Part shown: positions 1-10,725 of the stretch, piece by piece
Layout of the letters: the number at the start of each line of letters is the position of its first letter
Position numbering within the stretch: position 1 is the first letter of the stretch
Source of the DNA: Alphaproteobacteria bacterium
Lineage (GTDB): Bacteria > Pseudomonadota > Alphaproteobacteria > UBA828
Direction: 5' to 3'
Length of the DNA: 64,000 bases
NCBI GenBank assembly: GCA_963667785.2
Contig: CAXXMU010000002.1
Location: forward strand, 1-64,000
Made by a program: the position numbers and the translations under genes
The notes under the pieces: generated by a model
Database searches by the model: none
What the model was told of the DNA's origin: nothing
Seen by the model: the letters and a program-made list of their open reading frames with translations, nothing else

Positions 1-233
1 CGGCCCTACGCGCGCCACGGCGTCAACGTGAACGTCGATTTCTACGCGGGCGTCGTCTACTACCTGCACGGGATCACGGAGGACCTGTTCGTGCCGATCT
101 TCGCCATCGGCCGGATTCCGGGTGGACGGTGCAGGCGATGGAGCAGCTCGAGAACAACATCCTGATCCGCCCGCGCCTGCTCTACACCGGGCCCGAGGCC
201 CGCGACTATCTCCCAATCGAGGAGCGGGGCTAA
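1..233 (+). CDS. Citrate synthase family protein, C-terminal part (runs off the left edge; 1-nt frameshift near 121)
   Basis: Frame 1 reads NVDFYAGVVYYLHGITEDLFVPIFAIGRIPG; after one missing G it continues WTVQAMEQLENNILIRPRLLYTG to TAA at 231-233. NVDFY and IRPR are citrate synthase motifs. Confidence 0.85.
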   Translation, partial: ALRAPRRQRERRFLRGRRLLPARDHGGPVRADLRHRPDSGWTVQAMEQLENNILIRPRLLYTGPEARDYLPIEERG

Positions 234-237
234 GCGA

Positions 238-1211
238 TCAGGCCATCGCCGCGGTGATGGCCGCAGCGGCGACGATGTCATCCACCGTCGCACCGCGCGA
301 GAGGTCGCACACGGGCCGCGCGAAGCCCTGCAGGAAGGGGCCGATCGCGCGCATCCGGCCCAGGTGCTCGCAGAGCTTGTAGCCGATATTGCCGGCGTCG
401 AGATCCGGGAAGACGAGGACGTTGGCCCTGCCGGCCACGTGGCTCTCGCCGGTGGCCTTGAGCGCGGCGACGCGCGGCACGAGCGCCGCATCCGCTTGGA
501 GCTCGCCCTCGATCGCGATGTCCGGCGCCCGCGCGCGCACGATCTCCACGGCGCGGCGGACCTTCTCGACCCGCGCGTGCCTGGCGCTGCCATGGGTGGA
601 GAAAGAGAGCATCGCCACCCGTGCGGGCGTCCCGAGCAGGCGCCGGGCGCTCCCGGCGGAGGCGATGGCGATGTCCGCGAGCGCGTCCGCGTCCGGCTCG
701 ACGTTGACCGCGCAGTCGGCGAAGACGAGGGGCTCGCCGCCTGCGCGCGGCACCATGATGAAGAAGCTCGACGGCGTCGCGATGCCTTCCGCGAGCCCAC
801 CGACATCAGCCCGGCCTCGATGATGCGCGCCGTCGGCTGGGTCGCGCCGGCGACCAGCGCATCGGCATCGCCCGCCTTCACCGCCATCGCCGCGTAGAAG
901 AGCGGCTTCGCCAGCAGGCGCCGCGCCACCCCTTCGCGCGCCTTCGGCCGGCCTTCCAGGTAGAGCGCCGCGTAGGCATCGAGCGCCCCGCTTTCGGCCG
1001 GCGCCACGGTCTCGATGGCGTCGAGCGATACGGCGACCGATGCGGCGCCCTCTTCCAGCGCCGCGCGCTCGCCGATCAGGATGGGGCGGGCGATGCCGCC
1101 CTCGTGCAGGCGCCACCCCGCCTCGATTATTCTCGGGTCGTCGCCCTCGGGCAGGACGACGGCGCGCCGACGCCGTTTCGCGCGCTCGACGAGGCGCTCG
1201 ACGATGTCCAC
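238..1211 (-). CDS. pta: Phosphate acetyltransferase (1-nt frameshift in a G-run near 797)
   Basis: N-terminal [14 protein letters not shown] in one frame; [42 protein letters not shown] and DLSRG in another. The GTG start overlaps the xsc stop. Confidence 0.9.
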
Positions 1212-2977
1212 TACTGGGGGTGCATGTCGCTGCCCTCGATGCCGGCGACGATGGTGGGCTTCTTCATGGCATCGCGGCGGAAGGGCTCGCCCAGCTCCTG
1301 GTTGAGGATGACCTCGATGAAGGTGGTGACGCCGTCTGCCTGCGCCGCGCACGACTCGCGGAGCGCCGCCGTCAGCTCCCCCATGGTGCTCACCGCCACC
1401 CCCTTCAGCCCGCAGGCGTCCGCGACCCTGGCGTAGCTCAGGTCGGGGTTGAGCTCGGTGCCGACGAAGTTGTTGTCGTACCAGAGGATCGAGTTCCGCT
1501 TCTCCGCGCCCCACTGGTAGTTGCGGAAGACCACCATGGTGATCGCCGGCCACCCCTCGCGCCCGCAGGAGGTCATCTCGTTCATGGAGATGCCGAAGGC
1601 GCCGTCGCCGGCGAAGCCCACCACAGGCACGTCCGGGCAGCCGATCTTGGCCCCAAGGATGGCGGGGAAGCCGTAGCCGCAGGGGCCGAAGAGGCCGGGC
1701 GCCAGGTACTTGCGCCCCTCCTCGAAGGTCGGATAGGCGTTGCCGATGGCGCAGTTGTTGCCGATGTCGGACGAGATGATGGCGTCCTTCGGCAGGCCGT
1801 CCTGGATCGCCCGCCACGCCATCCGCGCCGACATCCGGTCCGGCTCCCGCGTCCGCGCGTCCACGTTCCAGGTCGTGCCCGGATCGTCGTCCTCGTGGTC
1901 CATGCCGGCAAGGGTCTGGAGCCAGGCGGAGCGGGTGCGGTGGATCGCGGCCCGGCGCTCTTCGCGGCCCGCATCGCCTGCGCTGCGGGAGAGCTGCTCG
2001 AGAAGCTGCCGCGCCACCTTCTTCGCGTCGCCGCAGATGCCGACGGTGACCATCTTGGTCAGCCCGATGCGGTCCGGGTTCATGTCCACCTGGATGACCG
2101 CCGCGTCCCTCGGCCAGTAGTCGATGCCGTAGCCCGGCAGCGTCGAGAACGGGTTGAGGCGGGTGCCGAGCGCCAGCACCACGTCGGCCTGCGCGATCAG
2201 CTCCATCGCCGCCTTGGAGCCGTTGTAGCCGAGGGGGCCTGCGGCAAGCGGGTGCGAGCCGGGGAAGCTGTCGTTGTGCTGGTAGCCGGAGCAGACCGGG
2301 GCGTCGAGGCGCTCGGCGAGCGCCCGGCATTCGTCGATCGCGTCTCCGATCACCACGCCGCCGCCGGAGAGGATCACCGGGAAGCGGGCTTCCGAGAGCA
2401 GCCGCGCGGCCTCCGCGACCGACTCCTCGCCGCCCGCGGCGCGCTCCAGGTGCACGATCGGCGGCAGCGCGATATCGACCTCCTGGGTCCAGAGATCGCG
2501 CGGCACGTTGATCTGCGCCGGCGCCGACTGGCGCACCGCATTCTCGATCACCCGGTTGAGGACCTCGGCCATGCGGGAGGCATCGCGCACCTCCTCCTGG
2601 TAGCAGACCATCTCCTCGAACAGCGCCATCTGCGGCACTTCCTGGAAGCCGCCCTGGCCGATGGTCTTGTTGGCCGCCTGGGGCGTCACCAGCAGCAGCG
2701 GCGTGTGGTTCCAGTAGGCGGTCTTCACCGGGGTCACGAGGTTGGTGATGCCGGGGCCGTTCTGGCCGATGCACATGGCGATCTTGCCGCTGGCGCGGGT
2801 GTAGCCGTCGCACATGAAGCCCGCGTTGCTCTCGTGAGCCACGTCCCAGAACGTGATCCCGGCCTTCGGGAACAGGTCCGATATCGGCATGAAGGCGGAG
2901 CCGATGATGCCGAACACGTGCTCGATTCCGTGCCGTTGCAGGACCTTCACGAAGGCCTCTTCGGTCGTCATTCTCAT
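1211..2977 (-). CDS. xsc: Sulfoacetaldehyde acetyltransferase (ThDP-dependent)
   Basis: [37 protein letters not shown] start, GDGAFG...N ThDP motif, [19 protein letters not shown]; coupled to pta. Confidence 0.95.
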   Translation of the reverse strand: MRMTTEEAFVKVLQRHGIEHVFGIIGSAFMPISDLFPKAGITFWDVAHESNAGFMCDGYTRASGKIAMCIGQNGPGITNLVTPVKTAYWNHTPLLLVTPQAANKTIGQGGFQEVPQMALFEEMVCYQEEVRDASRMAEVLNRVIENAVRQSAPAQINVPRDLWTQEVDIALPPIVHLERAAGGEESVAEAARLLSEARFPVILSGGGVVIGDAIDECRALAERLDAPVCSGYQHNDSFPGSHPLAAGPLGYNGSKAAMELIAQADVVLALGTRLNPFSTLPGYGIDYWPRDAAVIQVDMNPDRIGLTKMVTVGICGDAKKVARQLLEQLSRSAGDAGREERRAAIHRTRSAWLQTLAGMDHEDDDPGTTWNVDARTREPDRMSARMAWRAIQDGLPKDAIISSDIGNNCAIGNAYPTFEEGRKYLAPGLFGPCGYGFPAILGAKIGCPDVPVVGFAGDGAFGISMNEMTSCGREGWPAITMVVFRNYQWGAEKRNSILWYDNNFVGTELNPDLSYARVADACGLKGVAVSTMGELTAALRESCAAQADGVTTFIEVILNQELGEPFRRDAMKKPTIVAGIEGSDMHPQ

Positions 2978-3170
2978 GGCGATACGTTCCTGTTCCTGTT
3001 CGTTTCGGTCCCGCGCCCGCGGCCGCACGGGGTCTGCCTGGTTCCAGGACATCAGCCCTTCCCCTTCCAGGGGATCACCCGTATCGACTCACGGCGCACA
3101 CCGCTTCCGCATTCATGTCCTGGTCCTCAGTGTCATGGCGACTGGCCTTGGCGGATTCCGGCTGACGGCC

Positions 3171-4727
3171 CTAGCGCCCGGGCCCATCGCGTGAGGTCGA
3201 GCGCTTGTAGTGCCCCTGGATGATGCGATCGATGACCATCGCGCAAAACAGGATCGCGAGGCCGGCCAGCATCCCCTGACCCTTCGCGGCATACTGAAGC
3301 GCGATGAGCACGTCCTGTCCCAGGCCCTTGGCGCCGATGAGCGACGCGATCACAACCATCGACAGACACATCAGAATGGTCTGATTTACCCCTGTCATGA
3401 TCGAAGGCATCGCGAGCGGCAGCTCCACGTCCTTGAGCAATGTCCACCTGGTGCAGCCGAACGCGATGGCTGCCTCCTTGGTGCTCTCCGGCACGCCGCG
3501 GATGCCGAGCGCGGTCAGCCGTATGACCGGCGGCATCCCGAACACGAGCGTCGCCAGAACGCCCGGCGGCTTGCCCGTGCCGAAGAAGGCGATGATCGGG
3601 ATCAGGTAGACGAATGCAGGCATCGTCTGCATGAAATCGAGCACCGGCTGGGCTGCGTTGTAAGCCCTCTGGTTCTTCCCGAACCAGATTCCGAGCGGGA
3701 TCCCGAACAACACGCAGAGGAAAGCGGCGGCGCCGAGCAGGGCGACCGTCACCATGCTGGTCTCCCAAAGGCCGAACAGTGCGAGGTAGGCGAGCGCGGC
3801 GCCGGTGAAGACGGCGACACGGGGACCGGCCAGCCGCCAAGCGACGACGACGATGACCGTCATCACCACCGGCCACGGCGCCTCGACCAGCACCGTTTCC
3901 AGTGCGCCCACCACCGCGCTGATGGCGGCGACGACACCGTCGAAAACGCCGGCCCCCTCGATAGACAACCAGTCGAAGCCCAGGTCCAGCCAATCGGACA
4001 CGGGCGCGTAGTAGGATCCCTTCTCGATCGGAACGCCGGAGACGTAGGGTTCGAGCTCGGGATCCACCCTTCCGACAGTGAAGCGGTAGAGCGTCAGCGG
4101 CACGATCGCCAGCCACAGCAGGCCACCGAGACCCGCCCGTATCCAACTCACGCCAGCGGCTGTCCTGGAGGGATTCTCTCTCCAGCGCAGATACTGTTTC
4201 TCATAGCGCACGTTGGCGTAGAAGCCCTGGATGAGGCGCAGGCCGACAAACAATACGAGACCGACCAGAAGAATTGTCGTCGCTCCCTGGGCGGCAAGCG
4301 CGGCCTCTTCAGCGACGCGGCCGGCGATTTTCTCGAGGTTCTCCGCGCGATTCAGATATGACGAAGCATCGGGATCTCCGGCAAGTATAGCAGCCTCGTA
4401 TTTGGCAATGAATTCGTCGTACTTGACGTTAAGTCTCTCCAGGCGGGCGAGCTTGTCTGCTCCCAGATCGCCCCACCAACCCCTGCCAATCTGTACAAAG
4501 GCGAGAACCTCAAGGATGAGGAACATCCAGAAATACCCCCACAGACCGCGGGACGCAGCCCAGAACGGGCCGGCGAGAGCGGCCGCCGTATTCCACGACC
4601 GGGGGAGACGGGTGGCCGCTTGAATCTTCTCGAACTCCCGGCCGTAATACGCTTGCCGGGTGCGAACGAAACTGCCAACCGAGCTGCCGAGCCTCACCGG
4701 CTCTTCGGAGTATTCGGTCTCGTGCAT
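3171..4727 (-). CDS. proW: Glycine betaine/proline-type ABC permease with an extra N-terminal membrane domain (DUF2628-like)
   Basis: PVLDFMQTMPAFVYLIP, EAA loop, ELPLAMPSIMTGVNQT; N-terminal WNTAAALAGPFW segment. Confidence 0.85.
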   Translation of the reverse strand: MHETEYSEEPVRLGSSVGSFVRTRQAYYGREFEKIQAATRLPRSWNTAAALAGPFWAASRGLWGYFWMFLILEVLAFVQIGRGWWGDLGADKLARLERLNVKYDEFIAKYEAAILAGDPDASSYLNRAENLEKIAGRVAEEAALAAQGATTILLVGLVLFVGLRLIQGFYANVRYEKQYLRWRENPSRTAAGVSWIRAGLGGLLWLAIVPLTLYRFTVGRVDPELEPYVSGVPIEKGSYYAPVSDWLDLGFDWLSIEGAGVFDGVVAAISAVVGALETVLVEAPWPVVMTVIVVVAWRLAGPRVAVFTGAALAYLALFGLWETSMVTVALLGAAAFLCVLFGIPLGIWFGKNQRAYNAAQPVLDFMQTMPAFVYLIPIIAFFGTGKPPGVLATLVFGMPPVIRLTALGIRGVPESTKEAAIAFGCTRWTLLKDVELPLAMPSIMTGVNQTILMCLSMVVIASLIGAKGLGQDVLIALQYAAKGQGMLAGLAILFCAMVIDRIIQGHYKRSTSRDGPGR

Positions 4728-5773
4728 CAGTCGTTACCGCCCTTGATTCCCCGCAGGAGCGTGGCCTTGTCGACCACTCCCACGTCCGTGCCGCCGTGCG
4801 TGATCACGATGGGCTGATCGCTCGTAGTGGAAATGTCGATGAGTTCACTCAGATCGACATCGTGAGCGGCCCTGGGCGCCAGGTTCAGGTCTTCGCCGGG
4901 GCGCGCCCGATACTCTCCGATCCGTTCCATGATGGTGTGGGCGAAGACCAGCTTGAGCGTGGAGATGCCTTCCACGAAGTCCCGAACGTAGTCGTCGATC
5001 GGGTTGGTGACGATCTCCTCCGGCGTGCCGATCTGCACGATCCGGCCGTCATTCATGATTGCGATGCGGCTGCCGATGCGGATGGCCTCGTCCAGGTCGT
5101 GGGTGATGAAGACCGTGGTCTTGTTCAGCTCGGCCGAAAGCGACATGAACTGCTCCTGAAGCCGGCGCCGTATCAATGGGTCAAGCGCCGAGAACGGCTC
5201 ATCCATCAACAGAATTTCAGGGTCGGACGCGAGCGCCCTGGCGAGCCCGACCCGCTGCTGCATGCCGCCCGACAGCTCACTGGGGAAGCGATCCTCGTAG
5301 CCGTCGAGATCGACAAGGCTGAGGCAGCGCTGGGAGACCTCCCAGCGCATCGACTTCGGCTGGCCCTGCACCTGCAGGGGGAACGCCACATTGTCGCGGA
5401 CGGTGCGGTGCGGAAACAGCGCCATGTGCTGGAACACCATGCCGATCTGGGAGGCGCGCAGCTGCCGCAGCTCGCCGTCGCCGAGCGCCAGAACGTCCCT
5501 TCCCAACACCTCGATGCGACCGGAGGTGGGCTCTATCAGCCGATTGATATGGCGCACCATGGTCGACTTGCCCGAACCGGACAGTCCCATGACGCAAAAG
5601 ATCTCTCCCCGCGGCACCTCAAACGAGCAATCCGCAATGCCTACGACGCATTCGAACCGGTCCAGCACCTGCGCTTTGGTCAGGCCGTCCTGCGCGATTG
5701 CCCGCATCGCCTGCTCGACATGCGTGCCGAAGATCTTCCAGACGCCGTGCAATTTGATGACCGGATCACTCAA
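4727..5773 (-). CDS. proV: Glycine betaine/proline-type ABC ATP-binding protein
   Basis: GLSGSGKS Walker A, LSGGMQQRVGLARAL, DEPFSALDPLIR. Confidence 0.9.
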   Translation of the reverse strand: MSDPVIKLHGVWKIFGTHVEQAMRAIAQDGLTKAQVLDRFECVVGIADCSFEVPRGEIFCVMGLSGSGKSTMVRHINRLIEPTSGRIEVLGRDVLALGDGELRQLRASQIGMVFQHMALFPHRTVRDNVAFPLQVQGQPKSMRWEVSQRCLSLVDLDGYEDRFPSELSGGMQQRVGLARALASDPEILLMDEPFSALDPLIRRRLQEQFMSLSAELNKTTVFITHDLDEAIRIGSRIAIMNDGRIVQIGTPEEIVTNPIDDYVRDFVEGISTLKLVFAHTIMERIGEYRARPGEDLNLAPRAAHDVDLSELIDISTTSDQPIVITHGGTDVGVVDKATLLRGIKGGND

Positions 5774-5939
5774 CTCATATACCTCGGGATTGACGGACGA
5801 TCATGATACAGCGTCAGCAATATCTTGATCGGATATCTGCTGCGTACCTCAGCCGCATATTCGGCTTCATCGTTCTTGATTTTGTCCTCGGACATGTGGT
5901 GTACTCGGAACGCGGTTCCGGAATAAGGGCACAACGCTC

Positions 5940-6833
5940 ATGAGCGACAGCGAACTCAATACACGCCGGTGGGGCATCGTTAATGACTACGGCCCTCTCA
6001 AGGACGTACTTCTCGGAACACCTGAATTCTATCGTTGGATCGACGCAGGTCCAATCACCATGAGGACGTTGAACAACCGGGAACGAACGGGCGTCGAATT
6101 CGACCTCCAGACGGCCATGTCGCAGCACGCCGAGATGGTCTCGATCTACGAGGACAACGGTGTTACCTGCCACTATCTGGATTCCGACGAGATCCTGCAT
6201 CGCAACTTCTTCGCCCGGGATTCAAGCGCCATGAGTCCCTGGGGCGCGCTGATCTGCCATATGCAGCTCAAGAGCCGGCGTGCCGACTACGTGACGGCAA
6301 TCCGATTCTATCAGAGCAACGACATCCCGATCTGGCGCTACGCCACGGCCGCTCACTTCGAGGGCGGCGACTTCAACATCCTCGAGCCGGGCTTTGTCCT
6401 GATCGGCTGGAACGGCGAACGTTCCGAACGCGAGGGCTCCGAACAAGTCGCGGCTTGGGTGCGGGAACAGGGATGGGAGGCTGTCGTGGCACCCATCTCG
6501 CGGGAGTTCGTGCACATGGACGGCCTTGTGGTGCCGCTTGCACCGAAGTTGCTCGTGGCGTGCGTCGACGCCATGGAAGACTGGCTGGTCGCACTGCTTC
6601 GCGAACGCGGCTTCGAGTTCGTGGAGGTCGCCTATGCGGAAGCCAGGAACCTCGGCGTCAACCTCGTTGCGCTCGGCAACGACCGCGTGCTCTCGATGCG
6701 CGGAGCGACGGACTTGAACGCGCGGATGCGTGCCTTGGGGTTCGAGGTGTACGATCCCGACATGTCGATGTTTACCCTGGGCGGCGGCGGCGTCCACTGC
6801 CTGTGTCAAGCGCTCTGCCGGGAAGAGGTATAG
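5940..6833 (+). CDS. Amidinotransferase / DDAH / arginine deiminase-fold (pentein) hydrolase
   Basis: FARD, EGGD, HMDG and C-terminal GGGGVHC motifs give the Asp/His/Cys catalytic set. Confidence 0.85.
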   Translation: MSDSELNTRRWGIVNDYGPLKDVLLGTPEFYRWIDAGPITMRTLNNRERTGVEFDLQTAMSQHAEMVSIYEDNGVTCHYLDSDEILHRNFFARDSSAMSPWGALICHMQLKSRRADYVTAIRFYQSNDIPIWRYATAAHFEGGDFNILEPGFVLIGWNGERSEREGSEQVAAWVREQGWEAVVAPISREFVHMDGLVVPLAPKLLVACVDAMEDWLVALLRERGFEFVEVAYAEARNLGVNLVALGNDRVLSMRGATDLNARMRALGFEVYDPDMSMFTLGGGGVHCLCQALCREEV

Positions 6834-7125
6834 CCGGCGAATCAAGGGGCGGACGCAGGACAGCGGCGCGGGGTGCAAGTGCCGGCGGCGCCCATTCCTG
6901 GGGGCGACGAATTCCGCGCCGCCGGCGGCCATCATCGTTTCGCGTCCCGATGTCGAGCACGCGTCCGTCCGATCAGCAGGGAGGGCAACGCCGCGGCATC
7001 GCCCATCTCAATCACCCTCGCTCAAGCACCGACCGGGCCTGTCTGTACGAACGCTTCGGCCCGGACGAGCCTTTGACGACGGATCGAAAAACGTCGGCAC
7101 TGGCGTCGCAACGACTGCCGGCGCC

Positions 7126-8100
7126 CTACTTCATCCAGGAATCGACCAGTTCCGTGTTTTCTGTCGCCCACTGCTGGGCGTAGTCGTCCGCGCTCATCTT
7201 TTCGACCACGAGGCCGAACGTCATGTGGGACACCTGGTCGGTGGTCAGCTTGACCTTGCTCAGCAGGGCCGCGGCTTCCGGATGCGACTCCTCCAGGGAT
7301 GCCGCGTAGTGCACGTGCAGATAGGCCAGGTCCCAAGCGACCGGAGCGCTCGATTTCTCCAGCCACTCCGGATCGTCGGTGGGATGGATGACGACCCACT
7401 TGGACGCGTCGTACGCGGGCTCGTTCAGGATCGCCAGATCGTACAGAGCGAACATGTGGTTCGGCGTGTAGCAGTAGAACACGTAGTCGGCATCCTTCGC
7501 GACCGCGGCGTCGAGATCGGCCATCGCCAGCGCCTCGTCCATCTCCAACAGCTCCATGGTCTCGTCGTACCCGTAGCTCTTGGCGCGGATCTTCTCGATA
7601 TTCGTCGAAGCCCAGCCCGACGCCCCGATCCAGACTTCGCCCAGGCCGTCGCCGTTCGTATCGAAGTTCTTCGCCATGTCGGGATCGGACAGATCGGAAA
7701 TGTCGGTGATGCCCGTCCTGTCGGCTGTCGCCTTCGTTACGCACATGCCCTGAAACGAGGGCACACCGTTGGGGCTCATCCTGACGCTGCCCCTGGTCTC
7801 GACGAATTTCGCGTGCAGGTTTGCCTGGTTGGGCAGCCAGACCTCCGGATGCACATGCATGCTGCCGGTGTCCATCGCCTCGAAGATGACCGGGTTGGTG
7901 CCGTTCTGAAGCTCCACCTCCAGGCCGAGATTGTCCTCAAGCACGACCTTGAGAATGCTGGCCGTCGCAGCCGCCGATGGCCAGTTGGGAACGCCGATGA
8001 CGACATCGGCTGCCTGAGCGGAAGAAATTCCCACGACAGGCGACACGCCGATGAAGAGCAGGGCCGCGCACAGGCTGCGGCATCGATTGATTATTCTCAT
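7126..8100 (-). CDS. proX: Glycine betaine-type ABC substrate-binding protein
   Basis: Signal peptide, IGVPNWPSA, DTGSMHVHPEVWLPNQ, YCYTPNHMF; OpuAC/ProX-like. Confidence 0.85.
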   Translation of the reverse strand: MRIINRCRSLCAALLFIGVSPVVGISSAQAADVVIGVPNWPSAAATASILKVVLEDNLGLEVELQNGTNPVIFEAMDTGSMHVHPEVWLPNQANLHAKFVETRGSVRMSPNGVPSFQGMCVTKATADRTGITDISDLSDPDMAKNFDTNGDGLGEVWIGASGWASTNIEKIRAKSYGYDETMELLEMDEALAMADLDAAVAKDADYVFYCYTPNHMFALYDLAILNEPAYDASKWVVIHPTDDPEWLEKSSAPVAWDLAYLHVHYAASLEESHPEAAALLSKVKLTTDQVSHMTFGLVVEKMSADDYAQQWATENTELVDSWMK

Positions 8101-8425
8101 GGCAATCTCCTTGGACTCATCGGGTTGGAGCCGTGCGCATCGAACGCACACGCGATGGATTGGAACGACGACTGCGCGCTCGGCTGGAACGCCCGGACAG
8201 AACCGTACCGATATTCCTGAGCCGGCTCGCCACGGGACGGCGATACGCCGTCTGGCGCTCTGGACGCGTGCGGGGGCCCGCGCATGCCCCGGACCTCGGA
8301 GCGGTGGCCATCGCCTGCGACCTTGGCACGCCCATGATCGGCCATCGTCGGCGTCATCTCCTCGTCAGCCGCTCAATGCTAGGGCCGCTCTTGGTTTGGT
8401 CAAATGTCAAATATAAAATGCTAAC

Positions 8426-9376
8426 ATGCAAAGAGATGCAAACAAAACACCGGGCGCGGCCACCACTCCGCGTCTTCACAAGGCCGATCTCCACATGCTC
8501 GCCGTATTCATGACGGTAGCCGAGTGCGGCGGATTCGCCGCAGCGCAGGTTGCCCTGAACGTCGGCCAGTCGACCATCAGCCGCCAGATAAGCGATCTGG
8601 AGAAGCGTCTCGGCATGCGCCTTTGCCAACGCGGGCGTGCCGGCTTTCGCCTCACCGACAAGGGGCGGATCGTCTACGAAGCGTGCCAGCACCTTGCGAC
8701 GGCGCTGGAGAGCTTTCGCAGCACCGTGGGGGCGCTGCGCGGCGAGCTGGTCGGCGACCTCTCCATCGCCGTGATCGACAACTGGGCCTCAGAGCGCGGC
8801 TATCCGTTGGCCGAGGTGCTCCGGACCTTTAGAGGCAAGGCCAGACAGGTTCACATTCACTTTCACACACTGGCGCCAGACGAGATCGAGCGCGCCGTCC
8901 TGGAGAACAGGGTCAACCTGGGAATCGGCGTCTTCCACCAGCACCGTCCGGGATTGACCTACGAGGCGCTTCTCGACGATCCGGTCGAACTCTACTGCGG
9001 AAAGGGTCACGCCCTCTTCAACCGCGCTCCCCACAACCTCGACCGTAACGACTTGCATGAGACCGATCTCGTTCACCGCGCGTATCTGTCCGAGCGGCAG
9101 GTCGCGCCGCTCACCGGGAACCTGCCGTCAACTGCCGCAGCACGCCAGATCGAGGGTGTGGCGTTCCTCGTCCTGTCCGGGTGGCACATCGGCTATCTGC
9201 CCGTTTCCTATGCCGAAAGGTGGGCGGAGAGCGGGCGCATGCGAAGCATCCTGCCCGAAACGTACCGCCTCAACACGAAGATCGAACTGGTGACGCGCCG
9301 CGGCGTGCCTCCGACGCTGGTAAGCCAGACCTTTACGGAAATCCTACGCGAGACCACTCAGGCCTCGCACTGCTGA
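8426..9376 (+). CDS. LysR-family transcriptional regulator
   Basis: N-terminal HTH FMTVAECGGFAAAQVALNVGQSTISRQISDLEKRLG; divergent from the binding-protein gene across an AT-rich spacer. Confidence 0.92.
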   Translation: MQRDANKTPGAATTPRLHKADLHMLAVFMTVAECGGFAAAQVALNVGQSTISRQISDLEKRLGMRLCQRGRAGFRLTDKGRIVYEACQHLATALESFRSTVGALRGELVGDLSIAVIDNWASERGYPLAEVLRTFRGKARQVHIHFHTLAPDEIERAVLENRVNLGIGVFHQHRPGLTYEALLDDPVELYCGKGHALFNRAPHNLDRNDLHETDLVHRAYLSERQVAPLTGNLPSTAAARQIEGVAFLVLSGWHIGYLPVSYAERWAESGRMRSILPETYRLNTKIELVTRRGVPPTLVSQTFTEILRETTQASHC

Positions 9377-9705
9377 CCTCCGGTTCCAGAGCGAGACTCC
9401 GCACCCGAACAACGCCGACACTTGCCGCCGTCAGGGCTCTTCAACCCTGGAAGAGGCGGCGAGCCGGGCGGCCGCACGCGGCCTGGCCAGGCAGCGCGGC
9501 TTCGGACCGCGTGGGGCAAGTCCACTGCGCGCGTCCCACCGGCCGGTGCCGGCGTCCGCGGCCAACTCCGCAACTCAGGGATTGGCGCATCGCCGCTCGT
9601 GCCAAGCCGTGAGCTTCTTGCGGCGAATGTTCTTGCTACCGCCGCAAGCTGGCGCTCCTCGCGCAAGCCCCGTGCGACCCCAAGAGTGAAACGCAGCCGT
9701 GTCCG

Positions 9706-10725
9706 TCATCCGGCGACCTCGCCGCCGCGCTGCAATCGATCCGCTACCACACTCAGGATTTCGAACATGACGACGGACGCGACATGCGCGGTCTGCTTGT
9801 TCGGCGAGTCCTTGGTCGGCATGAGACAGACCACGTCGCCGCCGATCACGTTCATGCCGCGCACACAGCGGATCAGGCGCAGCACCTCGTCGATGCGGAA
9901 CCCTTCCACGCCCACTTCCAGGTTCGCCACCGCCGGCGCGACCGTCGCGTCCAGGCAATCGAGATCGAACGTGATGTAGAGCGGGAACTCCTCTCCGATG
10001 CGCTCGCGGATGACGCGCATGGCCGCTTCGGGACCGATCTCCCGATAGCGCTCCATGGAGATCATTTCATAGCCGAGCTCCACACTCCGTTCGCGCCAGT
10101 CGAGCGTGCGCGGGTTCCCGCGCATGCCGATCTGGACGCTTCTGGTCGCGTCCACCTGACCCTGGCGCACCAGATAGGCTGCCCAGTGCGCCGCCGACTT
10201 CCTGGCGCCTAGAAAATGCGGGATCTGCTCGTAGGCGTCGGTGTGCGCATCGAAGTGGAGAAGCGCCGCTTTCGTTCCTCCCGTCAGATTCGCGCCCTCT
10301 CCGGCGATCGCCTGCAGGATGCCGCCGGTGACGGAGTGGTCGCCACCGACCGAGACCGGGTACACCCCTGCCGCGTCCAGCTGATGGAAGAACCGCGTGA
10401 TGCGTTCGATACATGCCTCGTTGTCGTTCGCCTCCGGGAGAGGGACATCGCCGAGATCGCGAATGCGGCAGGCGCTCCATGGATCGAGCTCCAGCGCCAG
10501 GTTCACACGGCGCGCCATCGCCGATACGTCGCGCACAGCTCGGGGTCCGAGATGCTGATCGCGCTCCGTGGTGCCGTTGCCTGTCGAGTGCGGCACACCG
10601 ACAAGCGCGATGTCGCAACTCTTCGGATTTCGATCCAGAGGACAGCGGAAGAGGGTGGGGATGTCCCACCAGTAAAGTCCTTCGACCATCATCCGGTCGT
10701 CTGGAGACAACTCGTTATTCGCCAT
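9706..10725 (-). CDS. Ureohydrolase (agmatinase/arginase family) with atypical active-site residues
   Basis: GPRAVR, DLGD, GGDHS, DAHTD, QIGMR and TFDLDCLD motifs; AGGAG RBS before the ATG at 10725. Confidence 0.9.
   Translation of the reverse strand: MANNELSPDDRMMVEGLYWWDIPTLFRCPLDRNPKSCDIALVGVPHSTGNGTTERDQHLGPRAVRDVSAMARRVNLALELDPWSACRIRDLGDVPLPEANDNEACIERITRFFHQLDAAGVYPVSVGGDHSVTGGILQAIAGEGANLTGGTKAALLHFDAHTDAYEQIPHFLGARKSAAHWAAYLVRQGQVDATRSVQIGMRGNPRTLDWRERSVELGYEMISMERYREIGPEAAMRVIRERIGEEFPLYITFDLDCLDATVAPAVANLEVGVEGFRIDEVLRLIRCVRGMNVIGGDVVCLMPTKDSPNKQTAHVASVVMFEILSVVADRLQRGGEVAG

Noticed and set aside
3148-3160. TGGCGGAT as a partner att site for 25235-25255
   Set aside because: Only an 8-bp match, expected by chance in GC-rich DNA; CATCCGCCA near 13911 is rejected for the same reason.
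60-3223. Long ORFs 60..2813(-) and 1040..3223(+), and similar long Arg/Gly/Ala-rich ORFs across the window
   Set aside because: Shadow frames of high-GC genes with no motifs; only the last part of 60..2813 is real (pta N-terminus).
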